A stretch of 64,000 nt of DNA, taken from an uncultured delta proteobacterium. Lineage in GTDB: Bacteria; Desulfobacterota; Syntrophia; Syntrophales; UBA2185. Numbering within the stretch: the first letter of the stretch is position 1; each line of letters opens with the position of its first letter. Positions 49,277 through 59,026 of this stretch are shown here, one piece after another. The stretch lies in contig CAVSPA010000006.1 of the NCBI GenBank assembly GCA_963729715.1, positions 384,001 through 448,000 on the forward strand. Reading direction: 5' to 3'. A program made the translations under genes and the position numbers. The notes under the pieces are model-generated. The model was not told the origin of the DNA. It worked only from the letters and a program-made list of their open reading frames with translations, and made no database searches.

Positions 49277-49891
49277 ATGATAGAAAAAAATGTCATTGCG
49301 GATTTTTGCAAAAAGGTTTCGGAACCGGTTATCGATCCATCCACGTATGTGCATCCACTGGCCGCCGTCGTCGGCAATGTGATTCTGGGCAGGAATATCA
49401 TGGTTTCTCCCATGGCGTCCATCCGCGGCGATGAAGGTCAGCCGCTCTCCATCGGCGACGATTCGAACGTCCAGGACGGTGTCGTAATCCACGCCCTGGA
49501 GACGGAGATGAACGGTAAACCCGTCGAAAAAAACCTGTACGATATCGGCGGCCGGAGGTACGCCGTTTACGTGGGAAGCCGTGTTTCCTTAGCCCACCAG
49601 GTGCAGATCCACGGACCGGCCGTTGTCATGGATGATACTTTTGTCGGCATGAAGTCCCTCGTATTCAAGTCCTTCGTCGGAAAGAAATGTGTGATCGAGC
49701 CCGGCGTCATCCTCATGGGCGTCACAGTGCCCGATGGGCGCTACATTCCTGCCGGTTCCGTTATTAGAGAGCAGGGCAAGGCCGATCAGCTTCCGCCAAT
49801 TACGGACGTTTATCCGTTGAAAGACATGAACAAGGGAGTCCTTCACGTCAACAAAGCCCTTGCCAAAGGATATTTGTCAGCGAAGAAGTAA
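49277..49891 (+). CDS. Gamma-class carbonic anhydrase (Cam/CcmM-N-like)
   Basis: Hexapeptide repeats, IRGDEG, NVQDGVVIHALE, LAHQVQIHGP (three Zn-binding His), VN..LA.GY. Confidence 0.9.
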   Translation: MIEKNVIADFCKKVSEPVIDPSTYVHPLAAVVGNVILGRNIMVSPMASIRGDEGQPLSIGDDSNVQDGVVIHALETEMNGKPVEKNLYDIGGRRYAVYVGSRVSLAHQVQIHGPAVVMDDTFVGMKSLVFKSFVGKKCVIEPGVILMGVTVPDGRYIPAGSVIREQGKADQLPPITDVYPLKDMNKGVLHVNKALAKGYLSAKK

Positions 49892-49944
49892 GTCAAACGG
49901 TGCTATCTTGCAATGCCTGTTCAAAGGTGTCTGAAGAAGATCAC

Positions 49945-50733
49945 ATGAGCACGAGATTACCTTTTTCGATATTGATGCTGCTCTTCGCGGCAACATGCGC
50001 GTTTGGAGCGTCGTGCGAAAGAGAAAACTTTAAGACCAAGGTTTCCGGCGAGTCGGAATGTCTTTTGATGAGGCTGTACGGGTCCACTAATCCTACGACG
50101 ATGGTGGTCTGGCTTCATGGCAATATGACTTCGGGCAACCCTGCCAATTACCACTTTCCCATCGCAGAAAAGGCCGCAGTCGATTTTGCCTCTTACAATG
50201 TAATGTCTGTAGCTCTGGTTCGTCCCGGCTACCCTGATGGAAGTGGAGAATCGTCATCAGGTAATAACTATGGTCGTGGCGATAATTGGACACGGGCAAA
50301 CATCGAGGAGGTTGGTGCGGCAATCGAAAGGCTTCGAGTTGAGTACAAACCGGAAGCCGTAATAATTGTCGGCCATTCCGGTGGCGCAGCAATCTCCGCG
50401 GTGCTTCTGGGTATGAAACCGAGATTGGCTGAAGCGGCGATCCTGGTATCTTGCCCTTGTGATTTTTTCGGCTGGCGGGGGAGCAGAGGACACTTGCTCA
50501 GAAGTGAAGATCCCATTCAATGGCTCGATAAGGTGAGTGTGGCAGCCAAAGTGATAGCTCTAACTGGCACAAGAGATCGCACAACGCCCCCTGAATTGGG
50601 AAAAACATATGTAGAGCGATTGAAGGGGCGCGGCATCGATGCCATCTTTCAGCCTATTCCCGATGAGGAACATAGTGGCGCGCTGAGATCAGCCGCGGTC
50701 TCTGATGCCATTTCCAGATTTCTTCGCCTATGA
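49945..50733 (+). CDS. Exported alpha/beta hydrolase
   Basis: Signal peptide, VWLHGN, RPGY, GHSGG, GTRD, EEH. Confidence 0.82.
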   Translation: MSTRLPFSILMLLFAATCAFGASCERENFKTKVSGESECLLMRLYGSTNPTTMVVWLHGNMTSGNPANYHFPIAEKAAVDFASYNVMSVALVRPGYPDGSGESSSGNNYGRGDNWTRANIEEVGAAIERLRVEYKPEAVIIVGHSGGAAISAVLLGMKPRLAEAAILVSCPCDFFGWRGSRGHLLRSEDPIQWLDKVSVAAKVIALTGTRDRTTPPELGKTYVERLKGRGIDAIFQPIPDEEHSGALRSAAVSDAISRFLRL

Positions 50734-51050
50734 TGCGACGATGCCAATCAACGGTTAGCAGAGCACACGAGAAAGTGAATGCGGAGATACATCATTGCAG
50801 GACCTGACCCCAAACACGCCTGGAATGCCATAAATCCCTCTATGGAAACCCCGTCTGACGGGCTATTGCCTTCTTCCTCCTGAAAGTTTTGAATTTGAAG
50901 ATTTTCTTAAATATACAATAGTTCAATTGGTAATCGATGAGATATCTCTTCACCATTGACCCAATAAAACAGCTTGTCAAATAGTGAAGAAGGGTTAGTC
51001 TACCAAAATTATGGTTTGCTTCCGAATGAAATATGAAAAGAGGTAAGGTA

Positions 51051-51557
51051 ATGCAAAAATACAGGAGAATGACTTTTTGTATCATATGGTCTTCGATACT
51101 AATGTTGTCTGCGGGGTGTGCCGGTTCGCTTTTCAAAAATTATGGTGAGATATCACCGAACCAGGAAGTGACAAAAGCTTTTGAAACAGACCAGATCAAT
51201 ACCGAATATGATTATTATATCAGTGGCTCAGATGTCTATCCTAATGCAATAATAGGATTGGATAAGGCTTATACACTTGAGTCTGACCTGTGGAAGAAAG
51301 TAGAGATGACGCCAAAGAAACTCCATGAGCTTGTTACAGACATGAAGAATAAAGCCACCACTGTGAACGCAGCAATGCCGCTGTATGGATTTCTTATGTT
51401 TGACGACAAAAGAAATCAAATCGGGGTATGGTATTCCGTCCTCGAAGCAAAAAAATTCCTCAGAATGAAGGACAACCGACGGGTGATAATCTGGACACCA
51501 GAGATCGACACATATGAAAAACATGATCGTAACAGGTTTGTACCAGGGACCCCTTGA
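51051..51557 (+). CDS. Hypothetical lipoprotein
   Basis: Lipobox SAGC; YYISGSDVYPNAIIG, IGVWYS. Confidence 0.75.
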   Translation: MQKYRRMTFCIIWSSILMLSAGCAGSLFKNYGEISPNQEVTKAFETDQINTEYDYYISGSDVYPNAIIGLDKAYTLESDLWKKVEMTPKKLHELVTDMKNKATTVNAAMPLYGFLMFDDKRNQIGVWYSVLEAKKFLRMKDNRRVIIWTPEIDTYEKHDRNRFVPGTP

Positions 51558-51602
51558 ATACTCCCCCTTTAAAGAAAGTGTATTCTAAAAGAAACCAATC
51601 TA

Positions 51603-51617
51603 TGGCACTGCCATTGC
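51603..51617 (+). promoter_or_regulatory. Sigma54 -24/-12 consensus
   Basis: TGGCAC-TGCCA-TTGC, embedded in the inverted repeat TATGGCA-N7-TGCCATA; no obvious downstream gene. Confidence 0.35.
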
Positions 51618-52081
51618 CATAAATATCAATAAATATTTCTAATCGTAACTATAAATTCTATGCTCTTGGATCTGCATAATATTTTTATCATATCTCTTGT
51701 TTTTCAATATTCATTATAACCCAAAACCGTTTCTTATTTTATCCCTTTATGTCCACTTCCCTTTGAAGCGCTACAGATTACAAGTACTGGGTTATGGACC
51801 CCACGATTCATGAAACCAATCTTATAAATAGGGCTAAGATTTCTTCATTTCAGATGGCAGTATACAACAAGATAGTATCATAGAATCTGTTGACTCGTAG
51901 TTGTCAATAACCGGAACATCTCATTTTTTCTTTGATCGTCATGGCACATTACGGGATAAAAGCTGCTATTCCTTGGCAGCTTATTCCCATCATGTGCAGC
52001 TTATGGCTACTTTCCTTGTAATGTTGTTTTTTCAATTTTGACATTCTACGGTACATTACAATCCGTAATCGTTATCCCTGA

Positions 52082-52118
52082 AAGACAAAAGGCAAAGCCA
52101 CTTCTGACCCTGCCTTTC
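52082..52118 (-). terminator. Putative terminator of the 52185-52793 gene
   Basis: Minus strand AAAGGCAGGGTC-AGAAGT-GGCTTTGCCTTT-TGTCTT. Confidence 0.55.
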
Positions 52119-52184
52119 TGCAATTGAATATTTTCTGTGCTTGGTTACTGCTTAAACTTTCTCCTGATCCACGCATTTCTTCTG

Positions 52185-52793
52185 CTATTTCGCAGTATAC
52201 CCGCGGGCATCAAGGCACGCGCTCATCGCACGTTGATAATCTGAACGTTTCTGAACCGATGGCACGCCGCCCGCCGGTTGGGTAGGATCGTAGCCGGTCT
52301 GGCCAACAGCCCAGCGATGACACTGATAGCGATCCTCCGCCTGTTGCTTCTCACTCTGGCCTTTACGGGGATAGATAAACAACTGCTCTACTGATGGCGC
52401 CGACGGCGGTACCTGGTTGACCGCACCTTGCGGTGGATTAACAACCATATAACCACCTTCCACCGGAGCATAATAATAACCATCAGCATAGTAGTAAGGG
52501 TAACTGCCTATCATAACTGTCGTGTAATAAAATGGTAGAAAGGCAACTATTGGAGCCCAAGGATACCACCATCCACCATAGTACCACCCATGATATCCAC
52601 CATGCCACCCGCCGTGATATCCACCATACCCACCATGATATCCAGCGTATGATACTCCCGGTACGCCTTGCCTCTGCGCACTTACCACCTCCGGACATGC
52701 GAACAACATGATTCCTGAAACGGAGGCCAACATGATCACGAATGCAACGCACTTAATTATATTGCGAATATTTGTCATATGTATCTGCTCCAT
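52185..52793 (-). CDS. Exported Gly/Tyr/His/Trp-rich protein (DUF6515-like) with C-terminal two-Cys domain
   Basis: Signal peptide, YHGG repeats, YYYADGYYY, YPRKGQSEKQQAEDRYQCHRWA...YQRAMSACLDARGY. Confidence 0.75.
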   Translation of the reverse strand: MEQIHMTNIRNIIKCVAFVIMLASVSGIMLFACPEVVSAQRQGVPGVSYAGYHGGYGGYHGGWHGGYHGWYYGGWWYPWAPIVAFLPFYYTTVMIGSYPYYYADGYYYAPVEGGYMVVNPPQGAVNQVPPSAPSVEQLFIYPRKGQSEKQQAEDRYQCHRWAVGQTGYDPTQPAGGVPSVQKRSDYQRAMSACLDARGYTAK

Positions 52794-53464
52794 AAAATAG
52801 ATATTTTTTAATACACTTACTCTGTGCCATAACTATGATATCCAGGCACGCAGACATTGTACGCAGGAAGTCGCGTACCCTTCTTTCAATCTCATTGTCT
52901 CGCATCTGTCACGCAGGCTAATAAAATAGCTTTCTGGCATGCCAAGGAAAAATTTCCATATCGTAACCGCTAACTATCTTATTCTAAGTTTACATTACAA
53001 TTGACGTAAATTCAATAAATAACTGCCTTGCCATCATCTCCGTCCTTAGTGACTTATGATTTTTTGACTCATTGACAACTTTATCAATAACCTGAATGTG
53101 CGGAAACTTATGCAAGCTTTCTCTTGGCAATGATCAGCTCTATCAATGTCCCGACTATTCCTGGGATGCATCATACACTCATAGCGCCCCATAGAAAAGA
53201 GATGTGCGGGAGAAGGCTATCTGAAATGTGCCGAAAAGAGTCCCTCGTAACAGGTGAAACAACCCCAAACCGGATTCCTCAACTGGAAGATTCACCAACG
53301 CGATACACATATTCCATCATCACGAATATCGCACCCCATATTTTGTGGTCAAAATTCTTTTGACACATGTGGTCGTTCTTCTTATAATTTTAACTCGGAA
53401 AAGCAATACCTTATAAATTGCTGACGAGCATATCTTTATCAATGAATAAAAAGGAAATCTGCTC

Positions 53465-54139
53465 ATGGCTTTTGCAAAGGAAATAAAATATTTATTATTA
53501 AACACTTTTCTCACGACAATCATCTATTATTTGTTATGTCTCTACGCCAAGACCCTCCGCTTGCAATTAGAAGACACGGAGAAGATTCAGAAGCATCTGG
53601 AGAATGGAGGGCGGATCATTATTTCCAGTTGGCATCAACGCTTTTTTGGCGGCTTCTTCCTTCCGTGGATTTTTAAGTGGTCACCCTGCATCATGATCAG
53701 CCAAAGCCGAGACGGGGATTTTATTTCCAAGGTCGTCCAGCACATCGGATGGATTCCGGTGCGAGGATCGAGCTCCCGGGGTGGCAAGGAGGCTCTCCAG
53801 GTCATGGTCCAGGGAGTCATAGAGAGACGTATTGGCGGCCACATCGTAGATGGCCCTACCGGGCCCCCCTGCGTCATCAAACCAGGCCTCATCTCATTAG
53901 CCCGGAGCGCTGATGCAGTTATCTGCCCCGGTATCGTTTCTTATGAAAACGCGTGGATAATGAACAGTTGGGATCATTTCATGGTTCCCAAACCGTTCAG
54001 CGGGGTTCTTTTTCGATTCGGCTCAACCTTTTCTGTGCCTGAAATAATGAGCGATGATCAGTTCGAGTCATTCCGCGAGGAACTGGAGGACGACCTGATT
54101 AAAGAGTACGAGGCTGCAGATAGATACTGGAGAAAATGA
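53465..54139 (+). CDS. DUF374 / lysophospholipid acyltransferase family protein (LpxJ-like)
   Basis: WHQR, MISQSRDGD, VRGSSSRGG, VDGPTGP, SWDHFMVPKPFS. Confidence 0.85.
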   Translation: MAFAKEIKYLLLNTFLTTIIYYLLCLYAKTLRLQLEDTEKIQKHLENGGRIIISSWHQRFFGGFFLPWIFKWSPCIMISQSRDGDFISKVVQHIGWIPVRGSSSRGGKEALQVMVQGVIERRIGGHIVDGPTGPPCVIKPGLISLARSADAVICPGIVSYENAWIMNSWDHFMVPKPFSGVLFRFGSTFSVPEIMSDDQFESFREELEDDLIKEYEAADRYWRK

Positions 54140-54539
54140 GAGGCGAATCCTGCCGTATGCAAGAATATTCCGTACCTTATTCAGAGCCTATAGATCTCAT
54201 GCCACGAATACCTCCTGACCTTTTTCTGCAAGCGTTGCTGCTTTCAATCAATAATCTTCAAAATTATTCATGCAATGAGGTTGAGGCTTTTGTAGAACTA
54301 AACAACGCCTTTCTTTATTACTTCCTTCCCTTGTTTTTCTAATTAAACCCGCCAATAGAACGTTACAATCCGTAATCGGTATAGCAGAAAAAGAAAAATA
54401 CAGGGTCGATTTTCTTCTGTATCAAATATGAGATGAGATCGAGCCGCAACACACCACGCCACATATGCTTGCTCTTGATTATGTCGCCCCGGTGCGCTAA
54501 ACTGCCCCATCGTTATTCCACTATTGTAAATGGTCAGAT

Positions 54540-56165
54540 ATGCCACAACGCGCAGGAATCAAGAATTTACTGCCCTGGATTGCCGCCGTAGCAGGCGGCA
54601 TTGTGGCGTTCCTGGGCTACGCTGGCTTTGACCATTTCTACCTAGAGTGGATATGCCTCGTGCCCGTGCTGTGGGCGATTCGCGGGCAGAGCCCAAGACG
54701 TGCGTTCCTCATGGGCTGGGTCGCAGGTATTGTGGGGCACGGTGGAGGTTTCTACTGGATCGTCCATATGTTCCAACAATTCGCGGGGCTGGCATGGCCG
54801 TTCGCGGTACTTGGGCTGCTACTTATTGCCGCGGCGAATGGCATCGTGTTCGCGGCATGGGCAGGGATCATGCGGCTGATCATACGCGACACCGGCTGGA
54901 ACGTGGTCTGGGTCTCCCCCATAGTGTGGACCGCACTCGAAAAGTTCTGGCCCGAGATTTTCCCTAACTACCTCGGCGCGAGCCAATACAAGCTCAACCT
55001 TTTGACACAAATCGCAGATGTAACAGGCATCCTCGGAGTTACTTTCCTCGTCGTATATGCTAATTCCATGATCTATTCGGTGATTGAGGGCCAGCTCAAT
55101 AAGCGGCCCTTTTCTCTGCGTCCGGTAGTGGTTTTCACGACTGTCGTTGCGCTGATGATAGGTTACGGGGAGGTCCGCATGCACATGGTTGACCAGCAGG
55201 CCTCCATGGCTGAGAAGCTGACAGTCGGCGTAGTCCAGATTAATCGTGATGCAGGGGAGAAGTATAATGAACCAGTTCGTTTTGTCCGCGAGCACCAGGA
55301 AATGTCCAAAGACATTACCGCCACCGGCGCCGTCGACCTCATCGTGTGGCCGGAGAGTGCCTACCCCCTCAACCTCATCACGTCCCGGGAGGGTAAGCTT
55401 CCACCTGATGTGCTTGGTAATCTGCACACGCCAACGCTGTTCGGCGCAGTCTTGCGCATTGACCAGGGCGGCAAACCCCGCTTCTATAACAGCGCCGTAC
55501 TTGCAGACGGGATGGGGAAAATCCTCGGTACGTACGACAAGATGGTGCTCGTGCCCTTCGGTGAGTACATCCCCTTCGGCGATACATTCACATGGCTGTA
55601 CTCATGGTCGCCCTACTCTAGCCGGTTCTGGCCGGGAGAGAACGATGAGCCACTCCAGCTCGGAAGGCACCTGATCTCGGTAAACATCTGCTATGAGGAT
55701 ATCTTTCCCGGGCAGATCCGTTTACTCATGAACGGAGGGCGTTACCACCGTGTTCCTGAAGCGATGTTCAACCTGACCGACGACTCCTGGTACGGTAATA
55801 CGGTCGAACCAATGGAGCATCTCGCCCTCGCAAGCTTCCGCGCAATCGAGCACCGTCGGTCCCTTGTTCGGACCACGAATACCGGTATATCTGCCATTGT
55901 GGACCCGGTAGGTCGGATTGACCACCGCATCAGGCAATGGACAAAGGGGACGCTTGTCGGGCCGATCCCGATAATGTATGGCCGCACAGTCTATGCCGTG
56001 ATCGGGGACTGGTTAGGATGGCTGTGTGTCATCCTCGTACTCCTTGGCATCGGCCGAGTATACCAGTTGACCAGGACTCGCGTCGAGAAAGCGAAGGTAC
56101 TTGGAAGCAAGGGGAAGAAACGTCGCCAGGATCTCCCTGCACAGCACAAGCGACCGCGGAAATAA
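54540..56165 (+). CDS. lnt: Apolipoprotein N-acyltransferase
   Basis: Multiple TMs plus nitrilase triad VWPESA / YDKMVLVPFGEY / NICYED, RTTNTGIS. Confidence 0.92.
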   Translation: MPQRAGIKNLLPWIAAVAGGIVAFLGYAGFDHFYLEWICLVPVLWAIRGQSPRRAFLMGWVAGIVGHGGGFYWIVHMFQQFAGLAWPFAVLGLLLIAAANGIVFAAWAGIMRLIIRDTGWNVVWVSPIVWTALEKFWPEIFPNYLGASQYKLNLLTQIADVTGILGVTFLVVYANSMIYSVIEGQLNKRPFSLRPVVVFTTVVALMIGYGEVRMHMVDQQASMAEKLTVGVVQINRDAGEKYNEPVRFVREHQEMSKDITATGAVDLIVWPESAYPLNLITSREGKLPPDVLGNLHTPTLFGAVLRIDQGGKPRFYNSAVLADGMGKILGTYDKMVLVPFGEYIPFGDTFTWLYSWSPYSSRFWPGENDEPLQLGRHLISVNICYEDIFPGQIRLLMNGGRYHRVPEAMFNLTDDSWYGNTVEPMEHLALASFRAIEHRRSLVRTTNTGISAIVDPVGRIDHRIRQWTKGTLVGPIPIMYGRTVYAVIGDWLGWLCVILVLLGIGRVYQLTRTRVEKAKVLGSKGKKRRQDLPAQHKRPRK

Positions 56166-56552
56166 TGAGTCATATAAGAGTTCGCACCGAAAAAATAATT
56201 TTAAAAAGAATGTTTATATTATTTGAATAAGACTTACAGACATTAGAAGTGAGCGTAGATAGATCGGCTCCCAGTAGCCTTAGCGTTATTACTCAATTTA
56301 ATTCGTAACTCACAACATCAAGACTTTTTAAAATCGTTTTTTTTAGGTGAAGCAAACAGTCCTTCCTTTCAGGTCTTTCTTCCTTGGACTGTTGATTTTC
56401 TGATTCAGACAACCCGCACTACAGTTCACTCGGTAATCGCCAAAAAAATCCGAGAACTCTAACTCAAAATGTGTTACAAGCTCCAGGGGCAGGTCAATGT
56501 CTTGGTTAGTGTCTCGGGCTCAATACAAACCATAATGATACGATGGAATAAA

Positions 56553-57482
56553 ATGAAAAAATTCTTAGGGTACGGATTGGTCGTTGTCGTTGCCATCGTT
56601 GTCCTGCTGGTGGGATTTTACTTCTTTTTCCCGGAAGCGGCTTTCAAGTTGGCGATGGACGTCCAAAGACGCTCCGCCGATTTGGTCAAAAAGGAAGTCC
56701 AAGTCGATGATCACAGGATAGTCTACCTGGAAGGAGGAACAGGAGAAACAGTCATACTTCTTCATGGATTCGGCGGCAACAAAGATAACTGGACGGCATT
56801 CGCCAAATACTTGAAGGGCTACCACCTGGTTATCCCCGACGTCCCTGGTTTCGGTGAGAGCTCGCAGGTGCCGACGGATAGTTACGATGTCGAGAGCCAG
56901 GTGGGGCGCATCAACAGATTTGTGGAGGTGCTCAAGCTCGATAAATTCCACATGGCAGGAAATTCAATGGGAGGTGCATTGACTGCAACCTACGGAGCAA
57001 AACACCCCGACAAGGTCCTGACTCTTGCCCTATTGGACACGTCTGGAGCTCCATCTCAGAACAAGAGCGAGCTCGTCATGCAACTGGAGAAGGGCAATAA
57101 TCCGTTGCTCGCTAGCAACACCGACGATTTCGATAAGCTTATGGCATTGATTTTCGTGAAGACGCCGACAATCCCCACATCTTTCAAGAAAATTATGGTC
57201 GCAGATTTGATCGCCCACGCGGAGTTCAACAAGAAAATATGGAACGACAGGCAGCCGAATCAATTCACTTTAGCAGCCTTTCTACCCCTGATTCAGGCAC
57301 CCGTCCTGATCATATGGGGGGATCGGGACAAACTGACGGACGTAGGAGGCGTTACTTTTCTGGAAAAGAATCTAAAGAATTACAGGACGGTTATCATGAA
57401 CGATACAGGACATTGTCCCATGGTTGAGAAGCCTGAAGAAACAGCGAAGGCCTATATGAGTTTCTTGAAGGAGAAAAGGTGA
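56553..57482 (+). CDS. Membrane-anchored alpha/beta hydrolase (lipase/esterase)
   Basis: N-terminal TM, LLHGFGG, PDVPGFGES, GNSMGG, WGDRD, GHCPM. Confidence 0.9.
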   Translation: MKKFLGYGLVVVVAIVVLLVGFYFFFPEAAFKLAMDVQRRSADLVKKEVQVDDHRIVYLEGGTGETVILLHGFGGNKDNWTAFAKYLKGYHLVIPDVPGFGESSQVPTDSYDVESQVGRINRFVEVLKLDKFHMAGNSMGGALTATYGAKHPDKVLTLALLDTSGAPSQNKSELVMQLEKGNNPLLASNTDDFDKLMALIFVKTPTIPTSFKKIMVADLIAHAEFNKKIWNDRQPNQFTLAAFLPLIQAPVLIIWGDRDKLTDVGGVTFLEKNLKNYRTVIMNDTGHCPMVEKPEETAKAYMSFLKEKR

Positions 57483-57553
57483 AGATTCCTTATAATGGAT
57501 TGTACTAGTGACGGCATTAACCGTATCTCTCAGATCCCCACTGCAATTGAAGA

Positions 57554-57581
57554 AGAGGCAGGGTCATCATGCCCTGCCTCT
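57554..57581. terminator. GC-rich hairpin downstream of the lipase gene
   Basis: AGAGGCAGGG-N8-CCCTGCCTCT; no clear T-tract on the plus strand. Confidence 0.5.
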
Positions 57582-57969
57582 ATGGTACATTTCGATCTGT
57601 AATCCTCAGTCTCAGTCTAAATTGATCTCCACTACTGAAACTTTGGTGAACTCAACGTTCGCCTATTTGGTACTTCTTTCTGAAAGTCCACAAACCATTA
57701 ACCTTGATGAAGATACAACACCTTAAACCGTAGTCATTAATATTCTTTCCAAAATAATAATGATATATATAAACGGTTAAAATAGTGTGGCACCGCTGGG
57801 GAAAGAGGCTATGAATGAGAAAACAAAATTTAATTTCAATCGTCAACAAGGGCGGGACAGGGGAAACAAAAATAACTGTGTGCGGTTACGGAATCATGTT
57901 AGAACCCACCTAATGGGGTGTCATGAATGGCAGGCCCTTGGGCTTGAAATCAGCGGGAGGTGAAAACTC

Positions 57970-58715
57970 ATGAAGACAGTTTCTTTCCATACTCGATCCT
58001 TTGTGTTCTGTCTCTGCCTTCTGCTGGCAGGTGTTTTGCCGGATTGGTTTACGGCCAGCAGACGGGGATAGGGCAGCAAGATCGAATGCCAAACAGTGCG
58101 CCAGGTTTGGAGACCCAGATAGCGGCAGGGAAAAACACCATATACCAGGATCAGTAGGCTATAGCGGCAGCGCAAACTTTGCTGTCCGGATATATGCAGG
58201 ATTGGGACACCCTGAAGAAGGAGCTCCTGGCATGCCGAAATGCACTGGACATCTCGAACAAAAAGTCCCAGGCAGACCAACATAAACTTGACGATCTGAA
58301 TAAGCAGCTCCAGAGCGCGCAGGCAGCACACAACCAGAAAGGAGCGGCCAACCTGCAGACCAAGATAACGGCGACACAGCAGGAAGTCAATATGTTATTG
58401 TCCTATATAACGGACTTAACGGGGCAAATAAGCGATTTAGAGACGAATTTAATACCGCAGAATCAGCAAAAGGTCGCACAAGAACAAGCCGACCTAAACA
58501 GATTGCAGGATATACTCCAGCACGACCAGAATGCGTTGAACAATCTGAGACATGCAGGGCACATGGGCCAGCAAGGTACCGCCTCAAGCGCGGCGGCTCC
58601 GACCGACGCGAAGAGTGCAGCGAAGCAAGGAAGCGCTGCGGCTGCAAGCACCACTACAAACTCGGCTAGCGGACAGAAAGGTGCCGTTCCAGGACCAGGG
58701 CTACCCGTGGATTAG
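57970..58715 (+). pseudogene. Disrupted exported Gln/Ala-rich coiled-coil protein (frameshift plus in-frame TAG)
   Basis: RBS GGGAGGTG and ATG 57970. One extra T in the T-run near 58034 restores the signal peptide MKTVSFHTRSFVFCLCLLLAGVFAGLVYG|QQ; TAG 58155-58157 is in frame with ORF 58179-58715. Confidence 0.65.
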
Positions 58716-58929
58716 CTCACCATCGGCAAGAAGGGCCTCCGCTAATCCTGGAAACAGATGAAGAAAAAAGAAGGAACCGGTAAGCAAAAGCCAGGCGGGA
58801 GATGCGTCTCAGAGAAAAATAAAAGGAAAAGGAATGCCAACTCGATGCGAACAGCTGCGAGTTAGCTTGATAATACTACGTGCTTAAATTAGCTTACGTA
58901 TTTTATGCCCAGGTTTAAGAATTTCCATG

Positions 58930-59012
58930 TACTAGTGTCATTTCCAGCGTAGCGATAAATCTTAACGGGGGTAAAATAAAAGATATCTCCCTTCGGTCGC
59001 TATGACACCTTA
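58930..59012 (-). repeat. Dispersed palindromic repeat (REP/MITE-like), copy 2, inverted
   Basis: Reverse complement TAAGGTGTCATAGCGACCGAAGGGAGATATCTTTTA...TAAGATTTATCGCTACGCTGGAAATGACACTAGTA aligns with 48414-48503. Confidence 0.8.
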
Positions 59013-59026
59013 AGAGTATATAAGCA

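Noticed and set aside
50734..50815. Possible integron attC site or element end (GACCTGACCCC) after the hydrolase gene
   Set aside because: No matching RYYYAAC/GTTRRRY pair with a foldable stem, and no integrase or transposase nearby
53124..53363. 79-aa ORF upstream of DUF374 (and a similar 68-aa ORF at 54136-54342)
   Set aside because: No RBS, motifs or protein-like composition; likely spurious
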